A stretch of 53,681 nucleotides of DNA, taken from positions 1-53,681 of the forward strand of contig MQRK01241525.1 of NCBI GenBank assembly GCA_001938485.1, read 5' to 3'. Below the pieces are notes generated by a model that saw nothing but the letters and a program-made list of their open reading frames with translations, made no database searches and was not told where the DNA came from. Shown in pieces: positions 13,437-25,936 of this stretch. How positions within the stretch are numbered: position 1 is the stretch's first letter; every line of letters starts with the position of its first letter. A program made the position numbers and the translations under genes. The DNA comes from Girardia tigrina (taxonomy: Eukaryota).

Positions 13437-13623
13437 CAGTGGTTTCCAACCTGTGGGGCGCGCCCCCCAGGTGCGCGAGACTGTTGCATGGGGGGGCATG
13501 CAGCTGTTTCCAAAATATCATTTTCAAATGAAAACCAAAAAAATCGAATAGGTGTCACAAAAAATGAATCAACAATTTGTTTTTTAAAAGGGGGCGCCGG
13601 TACAAAAAGGTTGGAAACCACTG
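13437..13623. mobile_element. hAT Buster/Charlie-type MITE, 187 bp
   Basis: Perfect 16-bp terminal inverted repeats CAGTGGTTTCCAACCT. Perfect 8-bp target-site duplication ACTTAGAC (13429-36 and 13624-31) with central TA. Confidence 0.95.
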
Positions 13624-16600
13624 ACTTAGACGCTGCATCTAATTTTTTTTGTTGGTTAATAATATTATTTTTTTGGTAAGTTTCAAATTTTATACTTTGA
13701 AATTTTAACACAGTATTTATGACAGTCTGAATAATATTCAGTCCATATTTGGTTAAATTTGGAAAAATATTAGTATGTTTTTAAAGGCCACCTGAGGACT
13801 TTTGGGGCAGCTTAAGTATAATATAATATAACATAATATAATATTATATTATTTTATATAATATTTTTTTTAAATGAAAAATATATAAAAAGGCATGAAC
13901 TAAACTATTTTCACTCTGAATTAAAGGAAGTGGGAAAGTGTATTAAATTATATAATTATTTTAAGCAAGCAAATGAAGGGAAACTAAATACGATACTGTT
14001 GAATTTATTTGAAAGGGTATAAATTACAAAACAGATTTGAAGTATTTTTTTAGACATAATCTTTCATAAAATTAATTTCAGTTGTTTCTTGGGTGTTTTT
14101 CTTTAATTAATTCTAATTTTACGCATCTAATTGCTTTAAGAACGTAATTGATAGCTCCTATTGTAAAACTATACAATCATAAATTTGTGTTAAAACAATT
14201 ATGAGTTGCGTAAAATTCTTCAATCACAAAATTTTTCATCAGTAAAATTAAGGAGTTTGTAAGAATATAATTAATTTGATAAATATAAATTTTTTAGTTA
14301 AACTTTATTGAATTAAAAATAGATTTTTAATTATTGTTGAAAAATTTAAAGTATCCGGAATTTTTATTTATAAATAATTTAATAGTTTGATAGGTTTATT
14401 TTACAAATTTATTAATTACATGTCATGCTGAACATGTTCACCAGACAATCTGCTAAAAACACAGGAAAATGCTACTAGAAATATGAACCAAAATTCAAGA
14501 AATTATTTTAAATATATTTATAGATTAATATATAGTTACAAATAAATATAAAACTTTTTAAAAATATATTATAACTAATTACAGAAGAAAAATGTCCATT
14601 AAAAAGAATAACGAAAGGTACAAATATCATAAGGAAAACCAAAGACAACTTTGAGTTTTTAAGATTTCAATCGCCATGACTTTTAGTTTCAATTTGAGAA
14701 TAGGTTGAGGTTGTAAGTGTTAGTATGGTCGGAAAACATCAATTGGTATATTGGTTATAAACAAAAGAATTATGAGCATATTCTCCTAGCCTCCGAAATT
14801 TATTCGACTTTTTCGTTAAATATATCTGCACAAATAAGTATTCTACAATATTTCCTAATTTGTTTTCATTTTTATTATATGTTGTTTCGGAATTTTTTAA
14901 GTAAATCCTTCTTATATTCAAATATGTTTATTCATATACAAATGATCCTTCTTTCTTACCAAAAAAATAATTGTTTTAAAAACTTTATACTTAAATAATT
15001 GTTTGACAATATCGCTGATCTGTTTAATTGCTGAATTTCTTTGCTTTTGTATATATAAATAAATGCATCTAAGTAATATAATAACATTAATTTAAATAAT
15101 TTTAAAAAAATATTAATAATTAAAATTAAAAAAATGATTAATATTCATTATTACATGATTATTAACATTCTTGAATCACGCATTAAGATTCGATTTATTT
15201 GATTTGTGTGTGCAAAGAGTCATGTTGATTGAAATCGCTCGTTCTGATTGGCCAACCAATCAGAGCTGCTTTGGCCAAATATAATGTCACTGATTTTCGA
15301 TTTGAATTTTTTTCCAAAATTGATGAATTTGTTTGACGAAGAATTTGAATCATCGAATTTTCAAACGAAAATTTGTTTCATCAAATTATGAAGAAAAACA
15401 AATTTACGATTCTCTAAGCAAATAATTAACCCATTACTGCTCTTTCTTTTAATAATCGGTCAAAAATTGACATTTTTTTGGAAATCAGTTTTTTCATTGT
15501 ACAGAAACACAAACATTATAATTATTTATATTAGACAACCATATTAGATACATTATCGCTGAAATATGATACCCTGTGTATACAAGGGATAAACCGGTAA
15601 GGGATTAAAGAACAAATCTTTTGCTTAACAATTGTTAGCTCACCTAAACCCTAATATTTATGTGACATTAGTTTGTTTGTATAATTAATATAGTACATTT
15701 ATGTGTTTTCTCTTTTTTTAACTGTATAGCTACCTTTGCACCCCTCGTATATATATTATTTATATTTTTGTGATAATTATTATAATTGATTTTTAAAATT
15801 ATTGTTATTATTTATCAAAACAAGACCTATATTGATGACATTTAGATTTACATTAAGTTAGTTACTTACAATGTATAATCATTACAAATTACTTTACACC
15901 GAAATTGTTCAAAAACACTATTTTCTTGACAGGAAATTATTTATTAAATATTTAATTTCACACAAAAATTGGTTTTATCATGTGTTAAATTTTTAATACT
16001 GGATGTAGACTAATTTTTCGACTATCATATGGCAACGACTGTTGAAAAAATTAAGCAAATATACATAAATTATAAAAATAAACTTCGTATGAATATCTGA
16101 TAAGATAATAAATTAAAGTGCCCGAAGCCGTGTTTGATAATTAATTTAAATAGGAAACTTTCGATGAAATATATTTAAATTCGATTCTTTCTAACTGAAA
16201 AAAAATTAATAAAACTATTACAATATTTTCGATATTTTAAAAAGAAAAATAATTTTAAAAAGCTTTATAAAAAAGTGCGCAAATATGTTTAAAGATCAAA
16301 ATATGAGAAAATTATTTAAATATTTTATTTGCTTCTTTTGAATGGTTATTTTATAATATTATATAATGTGCATGTATCATTAAATTATGTATTAAGAAAG
16401 AAAGAAATAATTTGAAATTATAATTTATTAATTAAGGAAATTTTATAATTTTATAATAAACATTGTTTACCTTAATAATATATTAATTAAAATAATATTA
16501 TAAAATATTATATAATAATTAAAGTAATAATAATAATTAAAACTTTTTGTTCATATAAGTAAATTAATACTTAAAATGTCGATCCAAAAGTGTATAATAT

Positions 16601-16749
16601 TACTTTATCATTTTTACAACAAACAAACAACTAAGATTTAAATATTTTAAAATTAATTTTGATCTTATTTGGAACTGTTTAATAATTAATGATTGTTCTG
16701 TGAAAAAAAATTTATAGTTAAATAATAGTAATATTTGAATATTTTTTTA

Positions 16750-17250
16750 ATTATATCTTGTAAAAAGGCTGTCGTATTTTCGAATGAATAACTGTAACTT
16801 CTTTTGGTATGTTGATTGAAACCAGTTTCATCTAGAAACATTTGATTTTTATTTTGAACAGGAGAGATTTCGTTTTTAAACACTCTTCTCTCGTTCATTC
16901 TTTCTGGTGTATTACTCAAAGAAAGCCTTTTCCTGGTGAATTTCATTTTCCTGGTGCTTCTTGAAATGGTTGGCTGGGAAATTCTCATCTTGCTTTCCTG
17001 GTCAATTTCATCCAAAATCAACTGTAATAAAATCTTCATTTTTCTGATAGTTTGTTTAGATCATTTCTCGCTAGCACTCATAAAGCAAACACCTTTTTCA
17101 TGCTCCTTGATTATTTTGCTCAAGGTTTTGCAATCAAGGTTCAGAGATCCTGCCATTTTTTTTTATTTTATCCTTGCCATATGCAATCATTGAAATGACT
17201 ACATTATTGATTTCTTGAGGGAAAGTCTTTCGTTCTTTTCTGACATAGCT
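16750..17250 (-). mobile_element. IS630/Tc1 (TRT-like) transposase N-terminal remnant
   Basis: ISQPTISRSTRKMKFTRKRLS...MFLDETGFNQHTKRSYSYS, containing the first catalytic Asp motif. Truncated. Confidence 0.75.
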
Positions 17251-17413
17251 ATTCAGGAAAATTTTATTTATCAACTAAATATAACTGTCAGAAATAATAA
17301 GTAATATTAAAATATTAAAATACGTGATAATGAAATTCAATGTCTTAATTTATTTATTAGCGAAAAATCTTATAATTCAATTAACAAAATTTTTATCAAT
17401 GGGGATATAAAAT

Positions 17414-17872
17414 GGCTTCCATGACATCTACACATATGACATTTCATCAGGTCCAATTCCTCATAGCGATATTTCATCATAAAAAAATTCATAAAATTAT
17501 TTTATTTTTTACCTGGAAAAAGTCAAAAATGCTATTTGTAAAAGTTACAGGGTCTCAAACTTTCAATTTCACGTGCTTCTCCTACCGGAATACTTATTGA
17601 TTTTGAAACAGCAGTAATGAAGTTATTCGAAATTTCCTTTCCAATTGTAAGTGTATCGGGTTGCTTTTTTCCCTTATCACAGTCAGTTATAAGAAATATT
17701 AGTGAAGTGGGTTTAAAAAATGTTTACGAAACAAATAAAAAATTTACCATTTGCGCAAAAATGTTGTGTGCACTTTCTCTCATTCCAATATTCGAGGTGT
17801 TAGAGGAATGTTTAGAGGTTTTAGAACAGTTTGAATCTACGAGAAGTTCTTTCGAAGATATTTTAAGCTACT

Positions 17873-17907
<35 letters not shown>

Positions 17908-18561
17908 AGAGGACGTTAGATGATAAATAGAAGAGGTAGGAAAAGTTTATTTCGAACAAATTATGGAATCATCATGAAGCAATATTTGATGGTTTAGCTA
18001 GAATAACAAACGCGGTGGAAGGTTGGCATTTTAGCTTGCAATCTTTATTTCAATTTAAAAAACATCCAACAATCTAAAAATTTCTCGACGAACTTATTAA
18101 AGAAATTGAATTTCAAAATGTCTTATACTTCCGATTTCGATCCGGACAAGAAATACCGTCAAAGAAAACGTATTGTCAACTGAAGGCCAGGTTAGAAATT
18201 AACAATTATCAAACAGTAAATCGACTTGATTTTCTCAAAGTCGTTTCCAATATGTTCTGAGGTGAAATATAATAGAGTGTATAATATTGTGTTATTTTAA
18301 GAAATATTTAATGCAGTAGAATTGAAATTATTTTCTAATAATTTTATTTTTATTTAAAAATCCATAAAATAATTTGAAAATGATTTGTTAATTGATTTGA
18401 CAGTTATTTGTTTCGGATTTAAAACAGTATACACGAAAAAGAGGAAAGGTGTGACGGTGTCAATATGCAGTGTGTATATGCAGGAATACGTCTTTATGAT
18501 GAAATGTCATATGATGAAATGTCATATAATGAAATGTCACGTGTTGAAGTGTCTGGATACC
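17414..18561 (+). mobile_element. MULE element, internally deleted and decayed
   Basis: Imperfect GG-starting inverted ends built from TGACATTTCATCA units. ILIDFETAV..SGCFFPLSQS..GLKNVY and TNAVEGWH..LQSLFQ..HPTI*KFL. Confidence 0.85.
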
Positions 18562-20196
18562 ATAAAAAGGAATACGCGTGATATAAAAATGGTAAGTTAA
18601 CATAAATGTTTACATTTCAACGCAGATTTATTACTGCTTCTTCATAAAATTAAAATTGTCAGGATTTGGAGCACTCTTAAAATTTACGAATATTAAAAAT
18701 AAGCAAATATCTAAAATCAAAAGTTTTTGAAAAGAATTATTATTAAAAATATCTCTAATTAATTTTAAAAAGTAATTCTCAAAAAAAATTAATGAAATTT
18801 TATTTGATAAAAATGTAATTTTAAAAATAGATAATATTTTAAATATTGTATATATTTTAAAAAATTGGAAATTTAAAATTATTTGTTAAATAACTAAATT
18901 TTTATCACAGTTGATTTTTTTTTAAAATAAAACAAACATTAAAAATTTTATAATTAATGTATAAATATTTATAATTAAAACTATAAAATTATATATGGAT
19001 ATTTATAATATATTCTGATATCTGTTTTTGTGCAAAATAAGAAAATATTGTTCCTCGTAAATTTGTTTGGAAATAGTTAATTGTAAAACATATAAATATT
19101 TTGATTTAAATAAATCAATAGCCATTTTTCGTGTACAACAAATAAATATAAGTATATTTTAAAATAAAATTATAAAAATTAAATTGACTCAGTAAACAAT
19201 GCCTAAGGATAAATGGACGATTTACATTTCTATTTCATAAAATTATAAAATATTTAAAGATAATAAAAAGTTTTGTCCTTTGTTTTTTGTTTTTTATTGG
19301 TTTTGGATTGCTACCATCTCTAACAAACAGAGTTTTATGGTGTTATTTATATATTTATATTTTTTAATGTAAAAAGTAAATTTCTATGAAAATATTTTTT
19401 CTTTCAAAAATAATTTTATTTAAAAGAAAACGTGTAAAATTTCTAAAAATATATTATCAATTTTAATAATATTTTTTATGCAAAAATAAAAATATTTTTT
19501 GGAAAAAAAATCGATAAATAATAAAAATTGATGAAAATTGAAGAATTTAATTTGTCTGTATAGTTTTATTTTTCAATAATAATAATTGATTCAGTTAGAA
19601 AAAAAATATTTGGAAAAATTGTTTAAGAATTATTAATGCTTCGTTAAAATTTTGTAATTTGAAAGATTTTGGGAATTATGTTTATATTTATTTATTAAAA
19701 TATCAAAACGGATTAAGAGAAGCAATTATTTGGCAACTTCCATCTTATTAGGATCGAAATTTTATTCACTTTTCTAAATATTATCCTTACCCAATGAGTC
19801 CCTAAAATAGGTACTAAGATAGCGTTGTTAGGCCAGACATTTGAATGACATCAGGCCGATGTTTGAACTCTTTCCAATCTCTCTGTAGTCTCACTGGCTC
19901 AAGGTTAGGATAATCTTAGTTATTTTTTCTTTTGTTTTCTCAATGCTAGCTGATAGAGATGATCGGAATACTATGGACAAAATTCATAGGGTAGAGGTCT
20001 AGGATTCTTTGAGATGAGTAATAAAGAGCTCTGATACGAGCTGCATATCGGGCAATCAGTTGCTATAAAAGCTCAATATCAAAAGGGCTCGTTCAGATAA
20101 GTATCAATGATGTATTGATCCGTACTGCTGAAATATAAATTGACGTAAATATAAATTACTTTCAGAGTTAGGGGAAGAGCTAATTTTGAAGCATTT

Positions 20197-20842
20197 TCAG
20201 ATAGGTCTGTCCAGTTTCAGTTGATTGAAATTATTTGGGTACATGACAGTAATTCTGAATTGTTTCCCATGTATTCTCAGTATACATGGATTTGGCAGAT
20301 TGACATTTCCATTTAGGTGAAATGCAGTTTCACCGTTAAACAATATCTTTGAAATAAACAACTGATCCTTCTCCATTTCCATTAAAACATAATCTTAAAC
20401 GTTATCCTTAGAGATATAAGATCTTAAAAGAGTAGCGCAAAAAGAACAAAAAGTTTATAGATGATTTATATTGTACATCGATATGATTGTCAAACATTAC
20501 TTTCTTGACGCATAATTGGGATACATGTTCATCGAAAGACAACATCATTAGTGTTAATGTAAGCTCAAAATTGATTAAGGAACAAAATTGAACCCAATCC
20601 AATAGATAACGATTTCCAAGGAAGTTTTATCGGAAGATGATTCCGTTAATGGGGTCTACCTAGTCTTAGGATGTCTTAGTTGAAGGTTATTTAAAAGCTA
20701 AGTTACTCGAAACCATTTTTGGGTTTAATACTTGAGAAAAATACATTTATTCTGACTATAATATAAAAACTGCATTGAACATGAAACCATGATTTTTAAT
20801 ATTAAATTAAAATATTAAGGGGACATTCGAATTCGCTGTATA
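20197..20842 (-). mobile_element. DD41D/rosa-like remnant
   Basis: ILFNGETAFHLNGNVN resembles the ILFSDEAxFHLNGxVN motif. Terminus TATACAGCGAATTCGAATGTCCCC (rc) at ~20820-20842. Confidence 0.55.
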
Positions 20843-21330
20843 CGTTTTATTGTCGGAAAAAATATATGTTGTATCTTTTCATAATATTATTTGTGTGAAG
20901 ATCATTCAGAATGACTCGAAATTCGTTTTAAAGAAATAAAATATTTCTGTAATTTTAAATTGAAAACTTTTTTTTACTGTTGTAAAGAAAATTAAATTTA
21001 ATGTAAAAAGAAAATATAAAAATTTATTATTATTTTTCTTTCTTTGAAAATTTTCACTGCAAAGTTGTTATTTTGATTTCGTTTGTCGTTGATTAACTGA
21101 AGTTAGAATGAATGAAATAATAATAAGTTAAATGTTAAAATAATAATTGAACTGTCTAAATGAAAAATTTCGCCTTTTCAATTTATTATTTAAGTTGCTT
21201 TTATAATTTCTGCGTTACCGATGCTTTTGCTTCTCTGTAAATTAAATTTTATTATTAGGTTCATATTTTAGTAATTAATGATGTAAGACAGAAATACTCT
21301 CTCAGTAAATGGTTGTACTAGGAGAAAATA

Positions 21331-21853
21331 GGTTCCATGACAATTGTTTACATAAAAATTTATAACTTAAAAAATTAATTATTTTATATCATTAAATAAA
21401 CCTTAACCCTAATTCATTACCCTAGCCCTAAACTTAATCATAATCCTCATCATAACCCTAAACATTACTTTAACCCAACCCTAACCACTAAACCGTTACA
21501 GATTGAAGTCAATGAATGCAATATTGAGGGGGACAAACTCAAGTATATGAGGAGATTGGCAAATAATTTAATAATTAATTTTATCAAAAATATTTATGAA
21601 ATTAATTTTATCAATAATTTTGTATAAATGATTAATGAATCTTTTTATTTCATTGGATTTTTAGCTTGTTATTTTAAAAATATAATTAATTGTTAATAAA
21701 ACAGAATTTGTGAAATATTGGAATTGTATATAGGTGTCATCATTTCATTCAAAACCCTCAATAATTTAATAATAATTAATAATAATAATAATTTAATAAT
21801 CACTACACAATCGTCCCTTACGCAATTTTTATTTGCGAAATTGTCTGGTCACC
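21331..21853. mobile_element. Putative MULE-type MITE containing degenerate (CCCTAA)n
   Basis: Ends GGTTCCATGACAATT..ATAAAAATT and (rc) GGTGACCAGACAATT..ATAAAAATT. Flanks GAGAAAATA and GAGAGAATC match 7/9, consistent with a 9-bp target-site duplication. Confidence 0.55.
21400..21495 (+). repeat. Degenerate telomere-like CCCTAA hexamer array
   Basis: CCTTAA CCCTAA..CCCTAG CCCTAA ACTTAA..CCCTAA..CCCTAA, with roughly 6-bp periodicity. Confidence 0.7.
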
Positions 21854-21999
21854 GAGAGAATCACATTCTTATACATTAAATATTAGTAGACTTGAACTGT
21901 TCAACTGGACGATACCTTATGTAATTATTTTGATTATATTAATATTTTTTTAAAAATTAAACTATAGATAAACCCCTAAAATATATTAAATCATTATAA

Positions 22000-23234
22000 T
22001 ATTGCATGTACAACTAATTAATTTCGTATTTTTTTGTTAAAAAAACCATTTATTTAAGTATAAAAGTGAAAAAAATATTTTATTCAAAATATTGTCCATC
22101 GGAGGCGGCAACTTTTTCCCATCTGTCAGGCAATTTATGGATTCCAACCCAAAAAAACTTCTAATCTTTTGTGCCGAGAAAGTCATCAAGCCATTTTTTA
22201 ATACCTTCAACATTGGTGAACCGTATTCCAGAAAGGTGATTCTGCATCGACCGAAACAAGTGGTAATCAGAAGGAGCTATGTNNNNNNNNNNNNNNNNNN
22301 NNNNNNNNNNNNNNNNNNNNNNNNNNNNNNNNNNNNNNNNNNNNNNNNNNNNNNNNNNNNNNNNNNNNNNNNNNNNNNNNNNNNNNNNNNNNNNNNNNNN
22401 NNNNNNNNNNNNNNNNNNNNNNNNNNNNNNNNNNNNNNNNNNNNNNNNNNNNTCAATTGTTGCCTGTATAGCTCTCCCGTGATCGTCTGGCCCGATTTTA
22501 ACAGCTCATAGTACAGCACACCCTTCTGATCCCACCAAATACAGAGCATTACCTTCAAACCATGAATATTCTGCTTTGGTGTCGATTTGGCTGGTTGGCC
22601 TGGCTTCAAATATGATCTTTTACGCGTTGGGTTGTCGTAATGAATCCACTTTTCATCGCCAGTGATAATACGATGTAAAAACTGTTTCTTTTTGTAGTGA
22701 TTAAGCAGCATTTCAGACATGCAAAATCGTCTCTCAACGTCTCTCGGCTTTAATTCGTGTGGCACCCAATTTCCTTGTTTCTGAATGTATCCGGTTGCTT
22801 TTAAACGTTTAGAAATGGCTTGTTGAGTGACTTCCAATGTTTTTCCAAGTTCTTCTTGAGTTTGACATGGATCTTGATCGAGTAATGCCTCCAATTCTTT
22901 GTCTTCAAACTTTTTTGATGGACCTGATCGCTCTTTGTCTTCTGTGTCGAAATCGCCGCTTTTAAATCGGGCAAACCACTGCTGACATATTCTAACCTCT
23001 GGAGCATATTCAGGATAAACTTCTGAGAGTAAACGATGTGCTTCTGTTGCACTTTTCCTTAAATTAAAGAATAAAAGCAAACCTCCCCGCAAATGCTGTT
23101 TTGTTGGAACGTAATTTGACATTTTGACTGTAATAAAAAAAATTTGTGTGTTTACTAAAATTCAATAAAATTGACTACATAAATAGATATGAGGTTAGTA
23201 ACAAATTCGAAATTAATTAGTTGTACACCTAATA
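22000..23234 (-). mobile_element. Full-length mariner, mauritiana (Mos1-like) subfamily
   Basis: Terminal inverted repeats TATTGCATGTACAACTAATTAATTTCGTA and (rc) TATTAGGTGTACAACTAATTAATTTCGAA including TA. About 1.23 kb, with an internal N-gap. Confidence 0.95.
22080..23122 (-). pseudogene. Mos1-like DD34D transposase, interrupted by an N-gap, with a premature TAG at 22161-22163
   Basis: WFARFKSGDF, WVPHEL, TGDEKW and IAPSDYHLF motifs. GAT TAG here versus GAT GAG in the copy at 1-190. Confidence 0.88.
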
Positions 23235-24671
23235 AAATCAACATTCTTTAGGTATAACCAGGGTTCTTAACAGGGTTCAATAGTATATCAAATATTTGAA
23301 GATCCTGTAAACGATAAAATTCCAGGTTGTGATTTATAACCACGAAAGTTGAATTAATATTATAAAAAAAATGGTTATTGTAAAAATATTAGTTTCTTAC
23401 CAATCTAATGTCCAATTTGAACAATCAAAGTAGCATTGTATAATATAATATAATTTTTATTCCCATTAATAGATTTATTTGATGTAAAGATAAACTTAAA
23501 GAAACAAAGTGTTTCGAAATTAAATCAGGTCTGCTTTTTAGATTATAATCAAAAAACTATTCAAAATTTGAAACAAAGTAACAAAAAATCTGTAAAAATG
23601 TTATTTTATTTAAGATCCGTAAATTCACGAAACAACTCAGACAAAAGACGTATAGATTCTTTGACTCCGACTGAAAAATATTGATGTGCCAATATCTATC
23701 AGTACTGCTGACGAGAGCGATCAAGGAGTGATCCTGAACGTGCTTTTGGCTTTTCAGCTGGATAATATAATGGAAATTCAAATGCCAGTTTCCTTGTTGA
23801 ACTAAGTTTGTTTATACAGCAAAAGCCACACAAAACCGTTGTATAAGGGATCATGATTGTTCATTTTTTAGATGCGAACCAAAAAGTGACCGTGCACTGA
23901 AAGCTCGATCTATTGCATTCACAGTTATGAGAGGATTTTGTATTTTTTGAGGTTTCCCTTTGATAAAGATTCTACGATCAATTCTGAGCATCGTAGTTAC
24001 AGTTACTCGTCACAGTCGAGGAGGCTTGTTTTTATTTGTCTTAAAAATCGGAAAGCCTTATTTAAAATAAATGATAAATGGATTCCTGTGATTTGGAATG
24101 CTTTGCTTCTTTATCAACTGTAAATACAAATTACTTTGATGAAAACGTTTTCATTAAAAAAATAATTCATTGAAATTTCTTCTAAATAAATCCGGTATTA
24201 AAATATTGATTTCAATGGCAATCATGAGTTTGGTTTTAATAATTACATTAAAGTTTCCGGTCTTTTATTTAAAACTAATGACTTTTCTATGGAACTGCGC
24301 CTCTGAATGGGAATTGCAATGTTTCGTCAAGCGAGAGATTAAAATGATTGTATTCAAAGTTTAAAATCTCTTAGAAGATCTTTTTTCAACATTGTATTCT
24401 ATTAAAATTTATTGGAAATCATATATTAAATGTTTTTGTAAATTCTTTGTATAATTTTTTAGAGTTTAAATTATACATATGATTTATACCGACTTTAATT
24501 TACTAAGGTCTTTTGCATCTGTGCTCAATGCTTAAATCTCAAAAATAATAATTGTAGTAATAATGATAAAAGATAATAATAATAATAGCAAAAATAATAA
24601 TAAAATATTCTACAAATTCTATAATTCTTCATCAAAAAATAAATTTTATTACATGTATAGAAATAATATTT

Positions 24672-25936
24672 TATTTGGTTGTTCGGAAAGTCATTTCGTT
24701 TTTTTGTATTAAAGTAAAAGACAAATTTTAATGAAGAATAAATATTTTACTGAAATACATATTGACCATTGTCGTCCAATACCTTCTTCAATCTTCCAGG
24801 CAGTGACATGATTCCACGTTCATCAAATATTTGTTCTTTGCTGCTAAAAAAATTTTCCAGGTGATTTTTAACATCTTCATTTGATCCAAAAGTGTTACCA
24901 TCTAAATAATTTTTTAGAGACCGGAACAAATGATAATCAGAAGGTACGAGGTCTGGAGAATATGGTGGGTGAGGTATGATATTCCATCCAAGCTGTAAAA
25001 GCTTTTGGCGAGTTACCAAACTTGTATGAGGTCTGGCATTATCTTGGTGAAACACTACACATATTCTATTGATCAATTCTGGCATTTTTTGTTTAAGGGA
25101 TTCATTTAATTTGTCCAGCTAATGACAGTAGATGTCCGAATTGATCGTAGTTTTGTCCGAAAGAAGCTCATAAAATACGATTCCTTTGAAATCCCACCAA
25201 ACAGATTCCATCACTTTTTTTGATAAATGTCAACTTTCTAAGTGCTTTGAGCAGGTTGATCTTTTTTACTCCAAGATCTCTTGTGTTTTACATTATTGTG
25301 GACTACCCATTTCTCATCTTCAGTGACGATGCGCTTCAAAAATGGATCATTTTCTTGACGTTTGAGAAGCATATCGCAGATGTCTAAACGACAGTATAAA
25401 TTTCTTTCGGTAAGATGATGAGGAATCCATGTGTCGAGTTTTCATGTAAAATCCAGGCGCTTCAAATGATCATGGACGGTCGAATTAGATTAATGCAATG
25501 TCTAAGTAATTTCGTGAGTTGTTATTCGCCGGTTTGAATCAATTAAGGCCTTTGTTATGTCTTCGTATGCCTCAATGGGCCTTCCGGAACGTGAAGAATC
25601 TTCAGCATCAAAATTTCCGGATCTAAATTTTTTAAAACAGTTTTAGCATTGGCGTTCTGTCAATACATCTACTTCATACTCTTCGCACAGCATTTTTCCC
25701 TTTTCGGAAGTAAAAAAGTAATACATGCCGTAAATGCTGATTCTTGTTTTCCATCTTTGATAGGTCAAAAATCAAATATAAATGTTTTTAATTATTCCAA
25801 AATTTTCGAAATCTAACCTTGATTACCAACTGCTAAAATAAATAATAAAGTCAATGATTAATAATGATTATTAATATAAAAAATATATTTAAAACAAGTA
25901 TTACAAAAATGAAATGACTTTCCGAACAACACAATA
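24672..25936 (-). mobile_element. Full-length decayed mariner, mellifera (Famar1-like) subfamily
   Basis: Terminal inverted repeats TATT(TG/GT)GTTGTTCGGAAAGTCATTTC. Pseudo-ORF 25754 to 24747: MENKNQHLRHVLLFYFRKGK, WIPHHL, FHQDNARPH, HPPYSPDLVPSDYHLF, with stops and frameshifts. Confidence 0.93.

Noticed and set aside
13416-13711. Overlapping 87- and 94-aa ORFs
   Set aside because: They arise from the GC-rich hAT MITE and have no coding signature.
15243-15264. Inverted CCAAT boxes TCTGATTGG-CCAA-CCAATCAGA as a promoter
   Set aside because: No gene is nearby. It probably lies within a non-autonomous element ending at GATACCCTGTGTATA (~15580).
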